Shown: in pieces, positions 47,290-56,667 of the stretch
How positions within the stretch are numbered: position 1 is the stretch's first letter
How the letters are laid out: every line of letters begins with the position of its first letter
Assembly: GCA_965215515.1 (NCBI GenBank)
Contig: OZ244057.1
Coordinates: 512,001-576,000, forward strand
DNA from: Oligoflexales bacterium
GTDB lineage: Bacteria > Bdellovibrionota_B > Oligoflexia > Oligoflexales > JAPPIL01
Reading direction: 5' to 3'
Length of the DNA stretch: 64,000 bases
Position numbers and translations under genes: made by a program
Notes under the pieces: model-generated
Seen by the model: only the letters and a program-made list of their open reading frames with translations
What the model was told of the DNA's origin: nothing
Database searches by the model: none

Positions 47290-47886
47290 GTGAAAAACAT
47301 CGCCATCTACTATCGTGTGTCGACCGAACGGCAGGATTTGCGTAGCCAAACAGAGGCAATCGAGAGCTGGCTAGCCAAGCGAGACCAACAACCCCAGAAG
47401 GTTTACACTTTCAAGGACACGGGCTATTCAGGCAGCCACCAAAACCGCCCTGCTTACCGTGACCTGATGAAGCTTGCCATCAACGGACGCATCGACACCA
47501 TCGTTGTCTACCGCCTCGACCGTTTTAGCCGCAGTGCCAGCAACGCTATCCGCACCTTGTTGGAACTCGACGACTACGGTGTAGCGTTCGTCAGTGTCAC
47601 GCAGCCTGTACTGAGTCTCGGTCACGACAATCCCTTTCGGCGCACGATGCTCGCGGCTTTCGCCGAGATCGCGGAGATAGAGCGCGACACCATCGTCGCA
47701 CGTGTTAAGTCAGGCTTGCAAGCAGCCCGCAAACGCGGCATTAAGCTCGGTCGTCCCTCGAAAGGCACCGCCGAGCTCCTAGCCCGCGTGCGTTCCCTGC
47801 GTCGGCAAGGGCTATCATACCGCGCCATTGCCGCACGCGTGCAGCTGAGCAAAGGCAAAGTGCACAACATGCTCAACCAGCGATAG
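47290..47886 (+). CDS. Small serine recombinase (resolvase/invertase) with C-terminal HTH
   Basis: YYRVSTERQ, DTGYSG...RP, YRLDRFSRS, FAEIAEIER, GLQAARKRGIKLGRP, GLSYRAIA. Confidence 0.93.
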   Translation: MKNIAIYYRVSTERQDLRSQTEAIESWLAKRDQQPQKVYTFKDTGYSGSHQNRPAYRDLMKLAINGRIDTIVVYRLDRFSRSASNAIRTLLELDDYGVAFVSVTQPVLSLGHDNPFRRTMLAAFAEIAEIERDTIVARVKSGLQAARKRGIKLGRPSKGTAELLARVRSLRRQGLSYRAIAARVQLSKGKVHNMLNQR

Positions 47887-48040
47887 TGATAAGTAAGCAC
47901 CACCGTTAGGCTAACACGAGCAGCACATCACCCTCCATCCCGCGTGTCAGCAAACAAAAGCTTGCATTTCTGTCTTAGCTGTGTTACGCGCCGCAGCGAT
48001 ACTTGCTGCAGGAAATTTGTTTTTGTTACTGGAGGGATCG

Positions 48041-51016
48041 ATGCAGTTTCTAATTGTGTTGGCAGTGCTGACTGTGAGCAGTACGGCTCTGTGCCGCAAC
48101 GTGCAGTTGCCTAGAGGCGTGGCGGGCAAGGTGCATCTGTTGCATCGTCTGATTATGGCGGGGGAGCAGACGGAGCTGGTACGTTTGCTGTCGCAGCTGC
48201 AACGACATGTCAACGACGGTGACCATGAAGGGCATACGCCGCTGCACTGGGCTGTCTATGCAGACGACCTCGACAGCGCAAAATCTCTGCTGAAGTACAA
48301 AGCTGATCCCAATATCGCGGATAAATACGGGCGCACAGCGCTACACGAGGCAGCACGGGTGGGCAGCAACGAGATGCTCAACCTCCTGATAGACAGTGGC
48401 GGTGATCCTGAAGCACCTGACGAACAGTACGGCTGGGATGCCCTCTTCTGGGCGGCGTACTCGGGCACTAAGGAGTCGCTGCAAACGTTGATAGAGCGGG
48501 TCGGTTCGCAGCACGAGAAGACGGGTGAGAAGACGGGTGGTGCCGACATTTACGCTGTCGTCTTGCAACAAGACGATCCCAGTAAAATGTCGGGCGAGGA
48601 CAACGACAAGATAGCCAAGGTGGAGCTGTTGCTGGCTGCGGGGGTTGTGCCCGACATCGGCGTGGCGATGATGCTAGTCCCGTTGGAAAAGATGACATCG
48701 CTAGCTGCAGTGTTCAATGCTCACGCGGGTGAGGTAGAGTTCAACACTTCTAATATCAATGGCATAGATCCAAGGAACTGGAAGACCTTGCTGATGAAGG
48801 CGATGGCGGCAGGAAGTGTTCCCGCCGCGGAGTTTTTGCTCCGTCAGGGGGCGGACCCCCATGCGGTCGACGGGAAAGGCCGTCATGTCCTCATCTCCGA
48901 CTACCAGAAGGGCGCACAGCTGGAGATAGCGAAGCTCTTGCTCGAACATGGGGTCGAAGTGCAGAACGCAGGTGTCGAGGCAGCCTTCTACGCAGCTCTG
49001 AGGCACGATGACGTGGAACTAGCAGAATTGCTGTTGGCGAAGGTGACAGAAGATGGCGAAAACCCCGTGCCCGATGCATGGGTCATTTTTCGCGGCGTAC
49101 CTAACGTGGGCTTAGCACCCGCGATACAGTTAGCGAAGAGTGAGGAGATGCAGGAGCTGTTGCTGCTGTACGGTCTGGGCGAGCAAGACAGACTGAATGC
49201 GATCGTGCGCACCCTCGAACAGAGAGTTAAACAAAAACAGGGCGGTAGCGTTACACGAGAAACGGCGCGCTCCGTGCCTGATTTTCTGATAGACTTCAAC
49301 GCCCTCGCCGCGGCGGGCAAGTTTAAGCCCGTCATCGGCCGCGAACGGGAAATACAACAGGTGATCACGGCGCTGGCCCGCAAGGAGAAAAACAACCCGC
49401 TGCTGGTCGGGGAGGCTGGTGTCGGCAAGACCGCCATCGTCGAAGGCCTGACGCAGCGTATCGTCGCGGGAGACGTGCCCCCTATCATGCGCGACAAGAC
49501 CGTCTACGCCCTAGACATGGGTTTATTGCTCGCCGACAACATGCATCGCGGTCAGCTCGAAGCTGTCATCACCGAAGAGCTGTTACCTTTCATCGCCGAA
49601 AACGAGAGTAATGCCATTCTTTTCGTCGATGAGATCCATCAGCTCATCAGTTCAGCGGCGGCACGGGGGATCGCGGACTTGTTGAAACCTGCCCTGGCGC
49701 GGGGGGACATACACTGCATCGGTGCGACGACGCAGGACGATTATCAGCAACACATTATGCTGGACAGTGCGTTAGAGAGACGTTTCTTCCCTGTCACCGT
49801 CGCCGAGCCGTCGGTCGCAGACACGATCGCTATCGTCAGCGGCTTGAAGAGGGTGTATGAACAGCACCACGGCATTACCATCAGCGACAGTGCCGTACAG
49901 GGTGCGGTAAAACTTGCTGACCAGTATATCACTAACCGCTACCATCCCGACAAAGCCATCGATCTGATCGACATGGCGGCGGCAAAAGTCGTGGTCAATG
50001 AAGGCAAAGATCTGCAATTTTTACAGGTAGCTGAAGTCGTCGCCGACGTGACGGGCGTGGCGGTGGAACGCATCTTGATCCGTCCCCAGGATAAGGTTGA
50101 CCGACTGTTGCCTTTTATGCAGCGACGTATCTTTGGACAGGACGAGGGATTGGAAGAAATCGCCAGATACCTTTCCCCTTTTCTCATGGGGGTCGGCGAT
50201 CAGGACAGACCTGCGTCGCTGTTGCTGCTGGGGCCGACTGGAGTTGGCAAGACAGAAACGGCAAAGGTGCTGGCGGAACATTTTTTCGGAGCAGATGACA
50301 ACCTGATCAACATCAACCTCAGCGAATACCGCGAGAGACACGATGTCGCGAGTCTGATCGGTGCTCCCTCAGGTTACATCGGCTACGAACAAGGTGGTAT
50401 TCTGACCGAAGCCGTGCGCCGTAAACCCTTCTCGGTGGTGTTGTTCGATGAAATAGGCGAGGCACACCCAGATTTTGCTGGCATTCTGTTAAAAATTCTC
50501 GATGAGGGTGAGCTTACCGACAAGAGAGGACGTACGACCAATTTTAGAAACACCATTATCGTCATCACAGGCAACACCGAGACCAGCAAAAGCCGTGGCA
50601 GTGTCGGTTTCAAAGCGGGGACGGAACAGGCATCCCCCAGTGGCGTGAGTGCGAGCCAAGTCCCGATACAGGCCAAATTGCAAGGGCGTTTAGGAAAAAT
50701 TATCACCTACGCTTCCTTGCCAGCAGAAGTGATGGGGAGACTGATCAGCAAAGAACTCGCCCGTTTCAATGCCCAACTGGCACAAAAAAACATCTCTATA
50801 TCGCTCACCGCTACCTTGCGTAAACATTTGCGTGAACGGGGTTATAAACCTGAACTGGGAGCGAGGTCACTGCAAAACATGCTTGTGGAGTTGGTGGAAA
50901 GTCCGCTGTCAGCTAAGCTTGCCACCGGTGAATTGCAAGAAAATCGCCACTACCGTATCGGCATCAGAAACGGCAAGATAACGATTAAGGAACAACCCGC
51001 AACACGTCAAAAATAA
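48041..51016 (+). CDS. Signal peptide, ankyrin repeats and two-NBD Clp/Hsp100 AAA+ ATPase (ClpA-like)
   Basis: GGAGGG RBS; leader MQFLIVLAVLTVSSTALC; ankyrin motifs GHTPLHWAV, GRTALHEAA, KTLLMKA...LLRQGADP; NBD1 GEAGVGKT/LFVDEIH/ALERRF; NBD2 GPTGVGKT/GYIGY/VLFDEI/GARSL. Confidence 0.9.
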   Translation: MQFLIVLAVLTVSSTALCRNVQLPRGVAGKVHLLHRLIMAGEQTELVRLLSQLQRHVNDGDHEGHTPLHWAVYADDLDSAKSLLKYKADPNIADKYGRTALHEAARVGSNEMLNLLIDSGGDPEAPDEQYGWDALFWAAYSGTKESLQTLIERVGSQHEKTGEKTGGADIYAVVLQQDDPSKMSGEDNDKIAKVELLLAAGVVPDIGVAMMLVPLEKMTSLAAVFNAHAGEVEFNTSNINGIDPRNWKTLLMKAMAAGSVPAAEFLLRQGADPHAVDGKGRHVLISDYQKGAQLEIAKLLLEHGVEVQNAGVEAAFYAALRHDDVELAELLLAKVTEDGENPVPDAWVIFRGVPNVGLAPAIQLAKSEEMQELLLLYGLGEQDRLNAIVRTLEQRVKQKQGGSVTRETARSVPDFLIDFNALAAAGKFKPVIGREREIQQVITALARKEKNNPLLVGEAGVGKTAIVEGLTQRIVAGDVPPIMRDKTVYALDMGLLLADNMHRGQLEAVITEELLPFIAENESNAILFVDEIHQLISSAAARGIADLLKPALARGDIHCIGATTQDDYQQHIMLDSALERRFFPVTVAEPSVADTIAIVSGLKRVYEQHHGITISDSAVQGAVKLADQYITNRYHPDKAIDLIDMAAAKVVVNEGKDLQFLQVAEVVADVTGVAVERILIRPQDKVDRLLPFMQRRIFGQDEGLEEIARYLSPFLMGVGDQDRPASLLLLGPTGVGKTETAKVLAEHFFGADDNLININLSEYRERHDVASLIGAPSGYIGYEQGGILTEAVRRKPFSVVLFDEIGEAHPDFAGILLKILDEGELTDKRGRTTNFRNTIIVITGNTETSKSRGSVGFKAGTEQASPSGVSASQVPIQAKLQGRLGKIITYASLPAEVMGRLISKELARFNAQLAQKNISISLTATLRKHLRERGYKPELGARSLQNMLVELVESPLSAKLATGELQENRHYRIGIRNGKITIKEQPATRQK

Positions 51017-51062
51017 AAACTCAGTGGCTACCACACCGCTTGTGCTGCACAATTAGCAAAAA

Positions 51063-52670
51063 TTGTGGGTGCAAACGATGTGGTTTGCTCTTTGGACAGG
51101 AGGCTTTCTCGCTGGCTGGTTGCTGGCTAGGGTCGGGCAGTTTGACTTCTTGTCGTGGTCATGGTTGGCCTTTTTGCTGGCGTTGCTGCTGTTGCCGCGG
51201 GCGCGCCATGCCTGGCTGTGGGCGGCTGTCGGTCTTTGTTTCGGCAGTTACCACAGTGCACCCTTCCCCAGCCAACCCCTCGCAGCTGTGCGCAGTGTAC
51301 AGCATAATCCCTTGCAATTTTTTTACAGCCCCACCATCGCCACCACCAGCACCCAGGCACGCTGGCAGGTAAGGAGCTATCCACACAGTCAGGGTAGCGT
51401 GCCTGAAAGCGCAGGGAAACAACCCCACTTCATCTTCCCCCGCCCGCCACATTTGCGTGCGGAGCTAGCAAGCGGCGAACAAGCCAGGCGGAGCGCAGCG
51501 GAGCTAACAAGCGGCGAACAAGCCAGGCGGAGCGCAGCGGAGCTAGCAAGCGGCGAACAAGCCAGGCGGAGCGCAGCGGAGCTAACAAGCGGCGAACAAG
51601 CCAGGCGGAGCGCAGCGGAGCTAACAAGCGGCGAACAAGCCAGGCGGAGCGCAGCGGAGCTAACAAGCGGCGAACAAGCCAGGCGGAGCGCAGCGGAGCT
51701 AGCAAGCGGCGAACAAGCCAGGCGTGCCTCGCCTCCACCGCTCGTGCACACGATGCGCCGCTATCTTTTGCGCCAAGCTGACAACCTATGCGAGCCAGTA
51801 CACAGCTGGATTGTCAGCATCACGCTGGGCAAACGCAAGGACATGCCACACCCCTGGCGGGAGGCGTTTCGTCTGCTCGGTTTGTTTCACGTTCTGGTAA
51901 TCAGCGGGTTGCACATCACCATCATCGCGATGGGAGGTAAAAAACTGCTCGACCTTACCCTGCGTTCCCTCTACGTCGTGCGTCTGTTGACTCCTAACAG
52001 TTGGCTGCTGCTGACCAAACTGGCCAGTCTGTTGAGTTGCCTGCTGATTCTGTTTTACGGTTGTCTGGTCGGTTTCTCCGCCCCCGCACAACGTGCAGTG
52101 CTGTTGTTCCTCGCCCACCAAGGTTGTGCCCTAGGGGAACATCACGTTTCCCTGACGGAGAAGATCAAGCTGGTGTTCTTCTTGCAGATGTTGCTTTTTC
52201 CCATCGGGTTCTTATCCGACTCGTTGCTGCTCAGCTGGGGGGCTTACCTCATCGTGCTGCACTGTTTTCGAGAAGTGAAGCATGCACAGTCGTGTGGCGG
52301 CAAGCTTGCCGCCACGCTGCGTTCCCAGTTGCTCATCACGGCTCTTATTCTGTGTTTTTTCAGGGAGTTGAGTGTCTTGTCGATTCCGCTCAACATCTTG
52401 CTACTGCCTTTCATCCCCTATCTGGTGATGAGCGGGTTTCTGTTGCTGTTGTTGCCTGCGAGTACACCTCTCGCGGGGTGGATCGAGTACTCGCACCTGT
52501 TCTTTCTGCAACAAATTGCCCGTCTCGCTGAAATAGCCTCTACTTACAGCTGGTTAATCATCGACCTGCACGATAGCCCTCCTCTGCGGGTCGGTCTGTT
52601 CGTCATTTTGATCCTTATGGTCTTAAGGAGAAGCATGTTTGTGACGAAAAGGGATGCGGGGCGAAGTTAG
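51063..52670 (+). CDS. comEC: ComEC/Rec2-family competence protein (no metallo-beta-lactamase domain) with internal tandem repeat
   Basis: GLFHVLVISGLHI, SAPAQRA, LSIPLNILLLP; multiple TM helices. Confidence 0.85.
   Translation: MWVQTMWFALWTGGFLAGWLLARVGQFDFLSWSWLAFLLALLLLPRARHAWLWAAVGLCFGSYHSAPFPSQPLAAVRSVQHNPLQFFYSPTIATTSTQARWQVRSYPHSQGSVPESAGKQPHFIFPRPPHLRAELASGEQARRSAAELTSGEQARRSAAELASGEQARRSAAELTSGEQARRSAAELTSGEQARRSAAELTSGEQARRSAAELASGEQARRASPPPLVHTMRRYLLRQADNLCEPVHSWIVSITLGKRKDMPHPWREAFRLLGLFHVLVISGLHITIIAMGGKKLLDLTLRSLYVVRLLTPNSWLLLTKLASLLSCLLILFYGCLVGFSAPAQRAVLLFLAHQGCALGEHHVSLTEKIKLVFFLQMLLFPIGFLSDSLLLSWGAYLIVLHCFREVKHAQSCGGKLAATLRSQLLITALILCFFRELSVLSIPLNILLLPFIPYLVMSGFLLLLLPASTPLAGWIEYSHLFFLQQIARLAEIASTYSWLIIDLHDSPPLRVGLFVILILMVLRRSMFVTKRDAGRS
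51459..51724 (+). repeat. About 6.8 x 39-bp tandem repeat encoding AEL(A/T)SGEQARRSA
   Basis: Unit GCGGAGCTA[G/A]CAAGCGGCGAACAAGCCAGGCGGAGCGCA at 51459, 51498, 51537, 51576, 51615, 51654, 51693; one variable position. Confidence 0.95.
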
Positions 52671-52680
52671 GAGGTGACAA

Positions 52681-53100
52681 TTGAACATCGGAAAAAATTG
52701 GCAGGGACAGAGAGTACTTATCGTCGATGATGCCAAAGTGGTAAGAACTGCGGTGGGCAGGATATACACCGAAGCGGGCTTACACGTCTGCGGTGAGGCG
52801 GAAAACGGGCTGCGGGCACTGGATTTTCTGGAGAAAAATTCCGTAGACCTGCTCAGCCTAGACGTGATCATGCCAGAGATGAACGGCATCGATTGCTTGC
52901 GCCGCATTAAACGCATCGGGATGCCGTTACGCACGGTCTTTTTGAGCTGTCTCTTCGACGACCGCAAGGTCGTGGCGCGCCTGCAGGAAGAATTTTCTGA
53001 TGTCGCCTTCGTGAGCAAACCGTTGACCAGAGAAAGCCTTGCCCAAGCACTGCACCATCTCTCTGGCACTGGACGTAGGGAGATGGCGATGAGTGCTTGA
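52681..53100 (+). CDS. Single-domain response regulator (CheY-like)
   Basis: VLIVDD, GEAENG, LDVIMPEMNG, FLS, FVSKP; AGGAGGT RBS. Confidence 0.9.
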   Translation: MNIGKNWQGQRVLIVDDAKVVRTAVGRIYTEAGLHVCGEAENGLRALDFLEKNSVDLLSLDVIMPEMNGIDCLRRIKRIGMPLRTVFLSCLFDDRKVVARLQEEFSDVAFVSKPLTRESLAQALHHLSGTGRREMAMSA

Positions 53101-53125
53101 TGTTCCCCCGCTTCGGTACACACAG

Positions 53126-53186
53126 TTGCCGAGCGCGAGTTTTTGTGCTACTCTCCGCCGCTCGTACAGTCCACAGGAATTTGTGG
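53126..53186 (+). promoter_or_regulatory. Putative sigma70 promoter and NrdR-box-like palindrome upstream of nrdJ
   Basis: TTGCCG-N17-TACTCT with extended TG; 16-bp CCACAGGAATTTGTGG at 53171-53186. Confidence 0.45.
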
Positions 53187-53340
53187 TGCGAGCCTCGTGG
53201 TCGCCGATTTTCGCGGTGGACGGCCGCGTTTTTTTCTGTTAGACTGGCCAGAATTTTAATAAATCATGACTCGTGAGGAACGTGATGTTGGTTGCGGCGC
53301 TACGCTTTGTCCTATTGTTGTCTCTTAACTCGGCACGTCC

Positions 53341-56300
53341 ATGAGGGTGGCGAGACTTTTTACAGCCCACAAAACCAGCCCGTACGATGGTTTGGAGTTC
53401 GAACAGCGCCAATCTGAACTGAAAAACCCCGACGGCAGTGGAGCGAGTGCGGCACTAGAGGTTACCGTCCCCAAAAGCTGGAGCAATGTTGCCTCCGACA
53501 TTATGGCACAGAAATATTTTCGGCGGCGTGGTGTTCCCGAACAGGGAGCGGAGAAGGATGCACGGCAGGTGTTTCATCGTCTCGCAGGGTGCTGGCGGTA
53601 TTGGGGGGAGAAACACGGCTATTTTGACAGTACCGAGAGCGCCGCGGCTTTCTACGATGAAGCCTGCTTCATGCTGGCACATCAGTACGGTGCGCCGAAC
53701 AGCCCGCAATGGTTCAACACAGGCCTGCACTTCGCCTACGGACTGGAGGGGCCGCCACAAGGTCACTACTACGTCACACAGAGCGGCGAGATCGTCGCGT
53801 CGGATAACGCTTACGAACGGCCACAGCCACATGCCTGCTTCATCCAAGCGGTACGGGACAATCTCGTCAGCGAGGGTGGCATCATGGATTTGTGGGCGAA
53901 GGAAGCACGCCTCTTCAAGTACGGTAGCGGGACGGGGACTAACTTCAGCAGTCTGCGGGGCAGAGGTGAGCCGTTGTCGGGGGGTGGAGTGTCCTCGGGC
54001 TTGATGTCGTTCTTGCGCGTCGGGGATCGTGCTGCAGGAGCGATCAAGAGCGGCGGCACAACGCGTCGTGCCGCGAAGATGGTCTGTCTCGATATCGACC
54101 ACCCCGACGTTGAGGATTTCGTCAACTGGAAACTGCACGAAGAACAGAAAGTAGCCGCCCTGGTCGCGGGGGCACAGGCTCTCAAACAGCATCTGGAGAG
54201 GGTGCTCGTAGCTTGCCAGCAAGGTGGCAAGGTCTCAGCCGAGAGCTGCGATGCGAGCCGCAACAAGGTGTTGGGCAAGGCTTGTCGTGCCGCACAGCAA
54301 GCACACGTGCCGCCCAACTACATCGCTAGAGTGCTGGAGTTGGCACGGCAGGGTCATACGCAGATAGATGTGCAGAGTTTTGACACCGACTGGAATTCGG
54401 AAGCTTACCAAACTGTCGCGGGACAGAATTCCAACAACTCGGTACGCATCAAGAACGCTTTCATGCAAGTTTTGGCAGAGAAACAAGATTGGGCGTTGAC
54501 TGCCCGCAGCGATGGTAGTGTCGTGCGCCGCGTGTCTGCGACGCAGTTGTGGAACGATATTTGTTTCGCCGCCTGGTCGTGCGCCGACCCAGGCTTACAG
54601 TTCGACGACACCATCAACGAGTGGCATACCTGTCCTCAAGACGGGAGAATCAGAGCTTCCAATCCTTGTTCGGAGTACATGTTTCTCGACGATACGGCCT
54701 GTAACCTCGCATCGCTCAACCTACTCAAGTTTTACGATTATGCGCGGGGCACTTTCAACGTCGAGGCTTTCCGTCACGCCTGCCGCCTATGGACGGTGGT
54801 GCTCGACATTTCGGTGCAGATGGCACAGTTTCCTAGCCGTGAGATCGCTCGCCAGAGCTGGAACTATCGCACCCTCGGTCTCGGTTATGCCAATATCGGC
54901 GCACTGTTGATGACGATGGGCATTCCTTATGGCAGCGAGCGTGCCACCGCCATCGGTGCGGCATTGACCGCGTTGATGACCGCAGAAGCTTACCGCACCA
55001 GTGCGGAATTGGCACAGCAACTTGCTCCGTTTCCGCGCTTTGCGGCCAATCGTGCCGACATGTTGCGGGTTATCGGCAATCATCGTGCCGCTACCCACGC
55101 TGAACTACCGTTCGACAAACTATCTTGCCAACCGCAGCGGATTGCCGCCGAGCACTGTCCCCCCTACCTGCTGGCCGCCGCCCAGCAGTGTTGGGACGAA
55201 GCATTGGCACTCGGTACACAGTATGGCTACCGCAATGCTCAGACGACCGTCATCGCACCGACAGGCACAATCGGGTTGCTGATGGATTGCGACACGACAG
55301 GCATCGAGCCTGATTATGCGCTGGTCAAATACAAAAAACTGGCGGGAGGTGGTTATTTCAAAATTATCAACCAATCTGTGCCTCGTGCCCTGCAACCGCT
55401 CGGTTATCGCCCTCAACAGATCAAAGAAATCGTTACCTATTGTGTAGGGCACGGCACGTTAGCAGAAGCACCCCACATTAACTTTGCGAGCTTGAAAGAA
55501 AAGGGTTTCACCGATGACATGTTGGTCACACTCAATGCTAAGATGCCACATATTTTTGATATTTCTTTTGCTTTCACCAAATGGACGTTGGGCGAGAGGT
55601 TTTGTGTCGAAACTCTGAAAATCGAGCGTGCACTGCTCGACGATCCGACTTGCAACATTTTGCCCCACATCGGCTTTTCGGCCGCGGAAATCGCCGCCGC
55701 GAATGAATATGTCTGTGGCACGATGACTTTGGAGGGTGCACCTCATCTACGAGAAGAGCATCTCGCGGTGTTCGACTGTGCCAACAAATGTGGACGACAG
55801 GGGAAACGTTATATTTCTCCCTCCAAGCATCTCGCGATGTTGGCGGCAGCACAGCCACATGTATCGGGTGCGATCAGCAAAACGATCAACTTGCCTTACG
55901 AAGCGACGTTGGCCGATATCGACCGTGTTTATCGGCAGGCGTGGGCATCGATGATCAAGGCGATTGCTCTTTATCGTGATGGCTCGAAACTCAGCCAGCC
56001 ACTGGCCACACAGCAAAGCGAGTGGTACGAGGAGGGCGTGGATGTGCGGGGCGTGGGGGAAGATTTGGTGCGTTTCCACAAGGGAACGCGACGGCATCTG
56101 CCCAACAAGCGTTCAGGCTACACGCAAAAGGTGAAGATAGAGGGGCACAATATTTATTTGCGCACGGGTGAATATGAAAACGGCGATCTAGGGGAAATTT
56201 TTCTCGACATGAATAAGGAGGGCACGTTGCTCGGTGGCATCATGAACAGCTTTGCCATCGCGGTCAGTCTTGGTCTGCAGTACGGCGTACCGCTCGATGA

Positions 56301-56628
56301 GTTCGTCGATGTCTTCACCTTCAGTCGTTTTGAGCCGAGCGGTTTGGTGTTAGGGCACAATAACATCAAGCACTCCACTTCTATTATAGATTTTCTGTTT
56401 CGAGATTTGGCGATCAATTATCTCGATCGCGGCGATTTGAGCAACACCCCTCATAAGGAGCGGCTACTAAAGTCCGAAACCCAGCTGGCTCTCGCGGCAC
56501 CGTTGGAACAGGCACGTGCCAGCGGCTATGCAGGTGAGCCTTGCCCTAGCTGCAACTCATTGACTCTGGTGCGCAACGGCTCGTGCCTGAAGTGTTTAAG
56601 CTGCGGCGAGACAACGGGCTGCAGTTAG
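53341..56628 (+). CDS. nrdJ: Class II (adenosylcobalamin-dependent) ribonucleotide reductase
   Basis: PNSPQWFN, PQPHACFI, KSGGTTRRAAKM, SNPCSEY, TACNLASLN, IAPTGTI, GAISKTIN, ALYRDGSK, C-terminal CxxC...CxxCG.TTGCS. Confidence 0.96.
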   Translation: MRVARLFTAHKTSPYDGLEFEQRQSELKNPDGSGASAALEVTVPKSWSNVASDIMAQKYFRRRGVPEQGAEKDARQVFHRLAGCWRYWGEKHGYFDSTESAAAFYDEACFMLAHQYGAPNSPQWFNTGLHFAYGLEGPPQGHYYVTQSGEIVASDNAYERPQPHACFIQAVRDNLVSEGGIMDLWAKEARLFKYGSGTGTNFSSLRGRGEPLSGGGVSSGLMSFLRVGDRAAGAIKSGGTTRRAAKMVCLDIDHPDVEDFVNWKLHEEQKVAALVAGAQALKQHLERVLVACQQGGKVSAESCDASRNKVLGKACRAAQQAHVPPNYIARVLELARQGHTQIDVQSFDTDWNSEAYQTVAGQNSNNSVRIKNAFMQVLAEKQDWALTARSDGSVVRRVSATQLWNDICFAAWSCADPGLQFDDTINEWHTCPQDGRIRASNPCSEYMFLDDTACNLASLNLLKFYDYARGTFNVEAFRHACRLWTVVLDISVQMAQFPSREIARQSWNYRTLGLGYANIGALLMTMGIPYGSERATAIGAALTALMTAEAYRTSAELAQQLAPFPRFAANRADMLRVIGNHRAATHAELPFDKLSCQPQRIAAEHCPPYLLAAAQQCWDEALALGTQYGYRNAQTTVIAPTGTIGLLMDCDTTGIEPDYALVKYKKLAGGGYFKIINQSVPRALQPLGYRPQQIKEIVTYCVGHGTLAEAPHINFASLKEKGFTDDMLVTLNAKMPHIFDISFAFTKWTLGERFCVETLKIERALLDDPTCNILPHIGFSAAEIAAANEYVCGTMTLEGAPHLREEHLAVFDCANKCGRQGKRYISPSKHLAMLAAAQPHVSGAISKTINLPYEATLADIDRVYRQAWASMIKAIALYRDGSKLSQPLATQQSEWYEEGVDVRGVGEDLVRFHKGTRRHLPNKRSGYTQKVKIEGHNIYLRTGEYENGDLGEIFLDMNKEGTLLGGIMNSFAIAVSLGLQYGVPLDEFVDVFTFSRFEPSGLVLGHNNIKHSTSIIDFLFRDLAINYLDRGDLSNTPHKERLLKSETQLALAAPLEQARASGYAGEPCPSCNSLTLVRNGSCLKCLSCGETTGCS

Positions 56629-56667
56629 GCAGGCTTCCTTGACACGGGTGGACACTCAGCGCAACAC

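Noticed and set aside
51459..51724. 39-bp repeats as a CRISPR array
   Set aside because: Head-to-tail copies with no unique spacers, in frame within comEC, and no cas genes in the window
53101..53340. Cobalamin riboswitch upstream of nrdJ
   Set aside because: B12-box and GGGAA core elements not recognised; only a promoter and an NrdR-like palindrome are seen
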